The notes beneath the pieces are model-generated. The model did no database searches, was not told the DNA's origin, and worked only from the letters and a program-made list of their open reading frames with translations. Source: Burkholderiales bacterium (GTDB lineage Bacteria > Pseudomonadota > Gammaproteobacteria > Burkholderiales > SG8-39). Taken from it: DNA of 64,000 bases. The stretch lies in NCBI GenBank assembly GCA_035651575.1, contig DASRFM010000104.1:11197-75196 (forward strand). The letters run 5' to 3'. The stretch's first letter is position 1, and every line of letters begins with the position of its first letter. Made by a program: the position numbers and the translations under genes. Of this stretch, positions 58,629-64,000 are shown piece after piece.

Positions 58629-58954
58629 ACGCCGCGCTCCTGGAAGATCTCCTTCGCCGCCTCGGCGGCGCTGCCCGCGCTCGGCCAGCCGGTGTAGATC
58701 GCGAGGTGCGTGATCACCTCGATGATCTCGTCGCGCGTCACGCCGTTGTCGAGCGCGCGCCACAGGTGCCCGCGCAGCTGCTGCGTCGCGCCCTGCGTGA
58801 CCAGCGAAGCGATCGTGATCAGGCTGCGCTCGCGCTTCGCGAGGCCCTTGCGCTCCCACACGTCGCCGAAGACCACCTGGTCGGTGAGCTCGCCGAGCTT
58901 CGGAAACACGTCGCGCACCTTGCCGACGGTCGAGTACGGGTTGCGGGCGGCCAT
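58625..58954 (-). CDS. carboxymuconolactone decarboxylase-family (AhpD-like) protein
   Basis: VFGDVWERKGLAKRERSLITIASL...EIIEVITHLAIYTGWP is the CMD-family pattern. The start is either ATG 58954 or the upstream 58993. Confidence 0.75.
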   Translation of the reverse strand: MAARNPYSTVGKVRDVFPKLGELTDQVVFGDVWERKGLAKRERSLITIASLVTQGATQQLRGHLWRALDNGVTRDEIIEVITHLAIYTGWPSAGSAAEAAKEIFQERGV

Positions 58955-59004
58955 GAAACTCTCCTTGGGGTTGGCGGTGGCCGACGATACCATCAGCCCG
59001 GACC

Positions 59005-60258
59005 ATGAGCCCGCCGCGCGGCGAACCCGAATCCTCCTACGCGTACCTGCGCCTCGCCGCGGCGCTCGCGATCATGACGATCGGCGGCGTCGGCATGTAC
59101 GGCATGGCGGTCGCGCTGCCGCTGGTGCAGGCCGATTTCGGCGTCGATCGCGGCGCGGCGTCGCTGCCCTACACGTTCACGATGATCGGCTTCGGGCTCG
59201 GCGGCATCCTGATGGGACGCCTGTCCGACCGCTTCGGCATCATCGTGCCGACGCTGATCGGCGGCGCCTGCCTGGGACTTGGCTTTGTCGCCGCAGGCAG
59301 CGCCTCGCACCTCTGGCAGTTCGTGCTCGCGCACGGCCTGCTGATCGGCTTCCTCGGCTGCTCGGCGACTTTCTCCCCGCTCATCGCCGACATCTCGCTG
59401 TGGTTCAACCGCCATCGCGGCATGGCGATCGCGGTGGTCGCGAGCGGCAACTACCTCGCCGGCACCGTGTGGCCGCCGGTGCTGCAGTATTTCTTCGAGC
59501 GCCACGGCTGGCGCGCGACGTACATGGGCACCGGGATCTTCTGCTTCGCGGCCATTGCCGCGCTCGCGCTTCTGCTGCGCCCGCGCCCGCCGCTGCTCGA
59601 CGCATCGCCGGCCGCCCGCTCGCGCTTCGCCGTCGCCGACATGGAGCGGCCGCTCGGCCTGTCGCCGGCCGTCCTGATGGTGCTCCTCGGCATCGCCGGC
59701 GTGTCCTGCTGCGTGGCGATGTCCATGCCGCAGGTCCACATCGTCGCCTACTGCACCGATCTCGGCTACGGCGCGGCGCGCGGCGCGGAGATGCTCTCGC
59801 TCATGCTCGGCTTCGGCATCGTCAGCCGCCTGGTCTCGGGCTGGATCTCCGACCGGATCGGCGGGCTGCGCACGCTGCTCCTCGGCGCGACGCTGCAGGG
59901 CATCGCGCTCATCGCCTTCCTGCCCTTCAACGGCCTCGTCCCGCTCTACGTCGTGTCGGCGATGTTCGGCCTGTTCCAGGGCGGCATCGTGCCCTCCTAC
60001 GCGCTCATCGTGCGGGAGCATTTCCGGCCGCAGGAAGCCGGCACGCGGGTGAGCATCGTCATCACCGCCACGCTCTTCGGCATGGCGCTCGGCGGCTGGA
60101 TGTCCGGGGCGATCTTCGACCTCACCGGCTCCTACCGCGCGGCGTTCCTGAACGGCATCGCGTGGAACGCGCTGAACGTGAGCATCGCGGCCTGGCTGCT
60201 GAGCCGCAGCGCCGGGCCGCTGCTGCTATTTACGCGCCAGCGCGCGCTTCTTCCATAG
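59005..60258 (+). CDS. MFS transporter
   Basis: 417 aa, about 12 TM segments, GRLSDRFG motif between TM2 and TM3. Confidence 0.85.
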   Translation: MSPPRGEPESSYAYLRLAAALAIMTIGGVGMYGMAVALPLVQADFGVDRGAASLPYTFTMIGFGLGGILMGRLSDRFGIIVPTLIGGACLGLGFVAAGSASHLWQFVLAHGLLIGFLGCSATFSPLIADISLWFNRHRGMAIAVVASGNYLAGTVWPPVLQYFFERHGWRATYMGTGIFCFAAIAALALLLRPRPPLLDASPAARSRFAVADMERPLGLSPAVLMVLLGIAGVSCCVAMSMPQVHIVAYCTDLGYGAARGAEMLSLMLGFGIVSRLVSGWISDRIGGLRTLLLGATLQGIALIAFLPFNGLVPLYVVSAMFGLFQGGIVPSYALIVREHFRPQEAGTRVSIVITATLFGMALGGWMSGAIFDLTGSYRAAFLNGIAWNALNVSIAAWLLSRSAGPLLLFTRQRALLP

Positions 60259-60942
60259 CTCCCAGGGGCGCTCGAGCGTGCCGCGGTTCGCCGCGCTCGA
60301 GCCGCGCCCTTCCTTCTCGCTCAGGAACTCGATCGGCCCCTCGAGGCCGTGCGCCTGCAGCTGCAGCCGGGCGTTCATCTCGGTATAGATCGCCCGGAAC
60401 ACGGCCTCCGGGACGCCGTCGCCGACCACGGTCATGCCGTGGCCCCGCATCAGCACGCAGCTGCAGCCGCCCAGGCACCTGGCGAGCGCGACGCCGAGCG
60501 GCTTGTCGCGCACCAGCAGGTCGTTGTCCTCGCGCTCCCTGCGGATCTCGAACACCGGCGCCCCGGACCAGAGGAACGAGCCCATGTGGTAGACCGGGCG
60601 CAGCTTCGTCTTCGTCACGCCGAAGGGAATCACCGACGGCGAATGGCTGTGCACCACCGCCATGACGTCGGGCCGCGCGCGGTAGATCTCGCCGTGGATG
60701 TAGCGCTCGATGAAGCCCTTGCGCTTGTCGGCGACCGGCGCGCTGTCGAGGTCGTGCTCCACGAGGTCGGCCGCGGTGACCAGCGCCGGCGCGCGCGAGC
60801 GCGACATGATGTAGCGGTCGGCGCGCTTGTCGCTCCTCGCGCTCACGTGGCCGTAGGCGTCGAGCACGCCCTGGTCGGCGAGGATACGGCTCGCCGCTAC
60901 GAGATCATCGAGGAGCGCCCGGCTTGCGGAGATCTTCTTCAT
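60226..60942 (-). CDS. class II aldolase/adducin-family protein
   Basis: Trimmed to MKKISASRALLDDLVAA. GHVSAR, VVHSHSPSV (metal His) and MRGHGMTVVG. Confidence 0.85.
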   Translation of the reverse strand: MKKISASRALLDDLVAASRILADQGVLDAYGHVSARSDKRADRYIMSRSRAPALVTAADLVEHDLDSAPVADKRKGFIERYIHGEIYRARPDVMAVVHSHSPSVIPFGVTKTKLRPVYHMGSFLWSGAPVFEIRREREDNDLLVRDKPLGVALARCLGGCSCVLMRGHGMTVVGDGVPEAVFRAIYTEMNARLQLQAHGLEGPIEFLSEKEGRGSSAANRGTLERPWELWKKRALARK

Positions 60943-62690
60943 TTCCTGGACGGAGAGCCGCTCATGCTGGCGTCGTAGCCGGGCAGCACGCGGACATCCA
61001 CGACGCAGACTTTGCCTTCCTTCACTTCGCGTATTGCCTGATCCAGCGCAGGCCTGAGTTGCGCAATGTCTTTTACAGGGCCAACCCCTGCTGCACCTTG
61101 GGCGCGCGCCATCATGGCGAGGTCGATGTCGGGCTCGTCGATCCTCTGGCCGATCCACTTGTTCTCGACCGGGCGGCTGCGCTCCCGCGCGACGCGCTCC
61201 TGGTGCAGCTCGTCGTTGTAGAAGGAGCGGTTGTTGGCGATGACGATCAGGCACGGCAACTTGTAATGCGTCGCGGTCCAGAGCGCGGTGACGCCCATCA
61301 GGAAGTCGCCGTCGCCCAGGATGCCGGCGGTCATTCGGCCGCTGTCCTTCAGCGCGAGCGCCGCGCCGACGGTGAGGCCCGGGCCCGCGCCCACGCCGCC
61401 GCCGCCGTCGGCGCCGAGGTAGTCCATCGGGTGCCTGAAGTGCCGGTAAGCGCCGTTCCAGCCGAGCGGCAGGCGCGTCAGCGTGAGGTCCATTCCCGCG
61501 GTCGCCTGGTTGAAAGCCTCGGCAAGCGAGCGCAGGGACAGGACTTCGTCGCTTTTCCCGCTGCCGGAAGATTTCGAAACCGCCAGGGCCGGCCGCGCCT
61601 TCGCCTTCTCGAGGAGAAGAGGAGCGGCGATGTCCGGCTCGCAAAGCATGTACACGTCCGCAGGCGCCAGTCCCTGGTAATCCATGCTCCAGCCGCGGTG
61701 CACGTACTGATCGGGCGAAACCAGGATCACTTTCGCGCCAACCGGCGCGTCGCCGCATGCCTGCTTCAGCATGCCGGCGGTGTCGATCGAGTCAAGCGAG
61801 AGCACCACGTCGGCCTCGCGCAGGACGTTCTTCGCCGCCTCGTCGAGAAAGCCGCCCGGAGGCGCGGCGTGCAGCGGATGGTCGGTGGGAAACGCCGCCG
61901 CCGTCTTGAGGTCCGTGAGCACCCTCGCCTGCAGCTTCTCGGCAAGCGCGATGCGCGCCTTCCACGCCGCTTCGCTCCTGGATGACCTTCCCGCCAGGAT
62001 GACCGGATTCTTCGCGCCCGAAAGAAGCGAAGCGGCCCTCTCGAGCACATCGTGGGCGGGAATCGTCGCAGCGGCAGGCTTGAAGCGGGAAACGTCGGGC
62101 AACGGAGGCAGCGGCCCGACCTTCGCTTCCTGCAGCGCGGCGTCGAGGTTCACGTAGGTGGGGCCGCGCGGCGCGGTGCCGGCGATCTGCGCCGCGCGCA
62201 GCAGCGCTTCATAGGCGGCGGCGACCGACGCCGGCTGGTTGTCCCACTTCGTGTAGTCGCGAACGAGCGCGCCCTGGTCGGACGCGGTATGGATCCAGTC
62301 GATCCACGGCCTGCGCTTCGCCGCGTCCCAGGGGCCGGTCGCGCCGAGGATCAGCATCGGCACGCGGTCGCACCAGGCATTGAAGATGGCCATGCTGCCG
62401 TGCATGAGGCCGACGTTCGAGTGCAGCGCGACGCCCATCATGCGGCCGCTGGCGCGCGCATAGCCGTGCGCGATGGCGACCGCCGATTCCTCATGCAGGC
62501 AGAGCAGCATCTGCGGCCGCTCGTTGCCGAGGTAGTTGACGAGGCTGTCGTGCAGCCCGCGGTAGCTCGCGCCCGGGTTGAGCGCGATGTACGGCAGGTC
62601 GAGCGCGCGCAGCATCGCGGCGATGGCGTCGCTTCCCCAGACCGTGTCCTGGCGCGGCGAGGGGACCGGCGCCTCGCGGGCGCTCGTCAT
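60939..62690 (-). CDS. thiamine-diphosphate-dependent enzyme (acetolactate synthase large-subunit-like)
   Basis: 583 aa. N-terminal Pyr domain (HEESAVAIAHGYARASG) and ThDP motif GDGDFLM...NNRSFYN. Confidence 0.85.
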   Translation of the reverse strand: MTSAREAPVPSPRQDTVWGSDAIAAMLRALDLPYIALNPGASYRGLHDSLVNYLGNERPQMLLCLHEESAVAIAHGYARASGRMMGVALHSNVGLMHGSMAIFNAWCDRVPMLILGATGPWDAAKRRPWIDWIHTASDQGALVRDYTKWDNQPASVAAAYEALLRAAQIAGTAPRGPTYVNLDAALQEAKVGPLPPLPDVSRFKPAAATIPAHDVLERAASLLSGAKNPVILAGRSSRSEAAWKARIALAEKLQARVLTDLKTAAAFPTDHPLHAAPPGGFLDEAAKNVLREADVVLSLDSIDTAGMLKQACGDAPVGAKVILVSPDQYVHRGWSMDYQGLAPADVYMLCEPDIAAPLLLEKAKARPALAVSKSSGSGKSDEVLSLRSLAEAFNQATAGMDLTLTRLPLGWNGAYRHFRHPMDYLGADGGGGVGAGPGLTVGAALALKDSGRMTAGILGDGDFLMGVTALWTATHYKLPCLIVIANNRSFYNDELHQERVARERSRPVENKWIGQRIDEPDIDLAMMARAQGAAGVGPVKDIAQLRPALDQAIREVKEGKVCVVDVRVLPGYDASMSGSPSRK

Positions 62691-62700
62691 GAACGCACCC

Positions 62701-63660
62701 TCATTCGCCCTTGATCCCCGCTTCCTTGATGAGCTTGCCCCATTTCGCGTTGTCGTCGCGGACGAAGCGGGCGAACTCGGCCGGCGCGCTGGTCAGCACC
62801 TCGATGCCCTGCGAGCCCAGGCGCGCCTTGAGCTGCGGCTCGTTCAGCACCTTGCCCACTTCGGCGCTGATCTTCGCCACGATCTCCGGCGGCGTCTTCG
62901 CCGGCACGAAGAGCCCGAGCCACGGGTCGAGCGAGTAGCCCGGCGCGCCCGCCTCCGCCACCGTCGGCACGTCGCCGAGGTTCGCGAAGCGCTGCGCCGC
63001 CGTGCTGCCGAGGAGCCGCAACCGCCCTTCGCGCACCTGCGGCAGAAGCTGGTTGGCGGCGCCGATGAAGAGCTGGATGCGGCCGGGCACGAGGTCGGCG
63101 ATCACGGGCGCGGCGCCCTTGTACGGGACGTGGTTCATCTTCACGCCGGTGGTGCGCTCGAGGAGCACCGCGCCGAGGTGCTGCGGGCTGCCGTTGCCCG
63201 ACGACCCGTAGTTGATCTCGCCGGGATGCGCCTTGGCGTAGGCCACGAGCTCCTGCACGGACCTGGCCGGCACCGAGGGATTGACGACGAGAAGGAACTG
63301 GATGCGCGCGAGCTCGGTGACCGGCGCGAGGTCGCTCAGCGGATCGAAGGCCTGCCGGGTGATGTACGGATTGACGCAGAAGACGTTGTCCGGCGCGAGC
63401 AGCCACGTATAGCCGTCGGGCGCGCTCTTCGCCACGGCATCGGAGCCGATGTTCTGGCTGCCGCCGGTCTTGTTCTCCACCACCACGGGCTGGCCCCACG
63501 CGCCGGGCAGCGCCTGCGACAGCGTGCGCGCGAGCGTGTCGGGCGAGCCGCCGGGCGGCAGCGGAACGATGATGCGGATCGGTCGCTCGGGAAACGCCTG
63601 CCCGCAGGCCGGGCCGGCCGCGAGCGCCAGCATGAAGACGATGAAACTGCGGAATCGCAT
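62701..63660 (-). CDS. Bug/TctC-family periplasmic solute-binding protein
   Basis: 319 aa. Signal peptide, FPERPIRIIVPLPPGGSPD, NKTGGSQ and SAPDGYT. Confidence 0.88.
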   Translation of the reverse strand: MRFRSFIVFMLALAAGPACGQAFPERPIRIIVPLPPGGSPDTLARTLSQALPGAWGQPVVVENKTGGSQNIGSDAVAKSAPDGYTWLLAPDNVFCVNPYITRQAFDPLSDLAPVTELARIQFLLVVNPSVPARSVQELVAYAKAHPGEINYGSSGNGSPQHLGAVLLERTTGVKMNHVPYKGAAPVIADLVPGRIQLFIGAANQLLPQVREGRLRLLGSTAAQRFANLGDVPTVAEAGAPGYSLDPWLGLFVPAKTPPEIVAKISAEVGKVLNEPQLKARLGSQGIEVLTSAPAEFARFVRDDNAKWGKLIKEAGIKGE

Positions 63661-63720
63661 CGCTCCTCCTCTCCAACCCGCAGCTTACAATGCCTGCCAC
63701 CCAGGAGAGGAGGTTCACTG

Positions 63721-64000
63721 ATGAAATCGATCGCCGCATCCGCGCTGTCCGCGACCGTTGCGCTGTGCTTTTCGGGCGCAGCGCCGGCTCAGGATTCCGC
63801 AGAAGGCAAGAAGCTCGTCGACGGCACCTGCAACACCTGCCACCCGCTCAGCGCGCGCGTGGGCTCGGGCTATACGCCCGAAGGCTGGCAGACGGTGCTG
63901 AGGATGATGATCAACCAGGGCGCACCGGTGCAGCCGGAGAACGTTCCGGTGATGCTCGGCTACCTGACCAAGACCTACCCGGAGCAGCAGAAGCCCGAGG
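63721..64000 (+). CDS. c-type cytochrome domain protein, N-terminal part (3' end outside window)
   Basis: Signal peptide MKSIAASALSATVALCFSGAAPAQ, heme motif CNTCH, then GYTPEGWQTVLRMMINQG, reminiscent of the quinohemoprotein-dehydrogenase haem-binding domain. Confidence 0.5.
   Translation, partial: MKSIAASALSATVALCFSGAAPAQDSAEGKKLVDGTCNTCHPLSARVGSGYTPEGWQTVLRMMINQGAPVQPENVPVMLGYLTKTYPEQQKPE

Noticed and set aside
58710-60665. 651-aa plus-strand ORF overlapping the MFS and aldolase genes
   Set aside because: It is an alternate frame giving an Arg/Pro/Ala-rich translation. The MFS frame shows regular TM segments.
63663-63713. 10-bp inverted repeat CCTCCTCTCC ... GGAGAGGAGG between the last Bug gene and the cytochrome gene
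   Set aside because: It is explained by the two divergent genes each having a GGAGG-type Shine-Dalgarno, separated by a ~30-nt loop. There is no need to invoke an operator or RNA element.

Overview
This is a high-GC segment of a betaproteobacterial chromosome, probably Burkholderiales. GC content was judged by eye, and all protein calls rest on motif and family recognition from the translations; no database search was run.

**Core, 1-32 kb.** Tightly packed housekeeping genes, mostly on the minus strand:
- efp (partial), nagZ, and acpS-pdxJ-recO-era-rnc-DUF4845-lepB-lepA.
- mucD-rseB-rseA-rpoE, with a sigma-E-type promoter upstream of rpoE.
- A YgfX/CptA-like gene, then fabF-acpP-fabG-fabD-fabH-plsX-rpmF-yceD. 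rpmF is too short for the ORF track.
- maf, an RsmI-like methylase, sppA, a Rieske protein, a HAD hydrolase, rluC, rne (long leader, repeat-rich C-terminus), an LMW phosphatase, asnS, uvrB, an aminotransferase and an AsmA-like protein.

**Accessory region, 32.0-41.4 kb.** A tRNA-Asn(GTT) gene at 32036-32111 is the target of a 6.4-kb, visibly AT-richer integrative element. It is bounded by a perfect 45-bp direct repeat (32067-32111 and 38434-38478).
- Backbone: tyrosine integrase, excisionase and a rolling-circle Rep-like protein.
- Cargo, the best candidate for something new: an orphan 256-aa protein placed head-to-head, 36 bp apart, with a 439-aa protein. That protein has a Shedu-type DUF4263 / PD-(D/E)xK nuclease-like C-terminus fused to an unrecognised beta-rich N-terminus and a zinc ribbon.
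- Two stand-alone receiver proteins also sit inside the element.
- A degenerate inner att copy plus an integrase 3' remnant, the displaced tRNA terminator, and a decayed copy of the right arm at about 41.35-41.40 kb suggest serial insertion. A second lower-GC module (histidine kinase plus Crp/Fnr regulator) lies at 38.5-41.4 kb.

**Core, 42-64 kb.** Catabolic and transport clusters typical of Bug-rich Burkholderiales:
- Racemase-like protein, MmgE/PrpD, FAD oxidoreductase and a second MmgE/PrpD.
- A LIV-type ABC transporter with an isochorismatase-family amidase and a GntR regulator.
- A COG0523 GTPase translationally coupled to a hydantoinase-like amidohydrolase, plus a cupin.
- A Crp/Fnr paralog.
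- HIBADH-like dehydrogenase, CMD-family protein, MFS transporter, class II aldolase, ThDP enzyme and a Bug protein.
- A partial c-type cytochrome at the window edge.

No rRNA or CRISPR array was seen. Many long ORFs in the track are antisense or alternate-frame artefacts of the high GC content.
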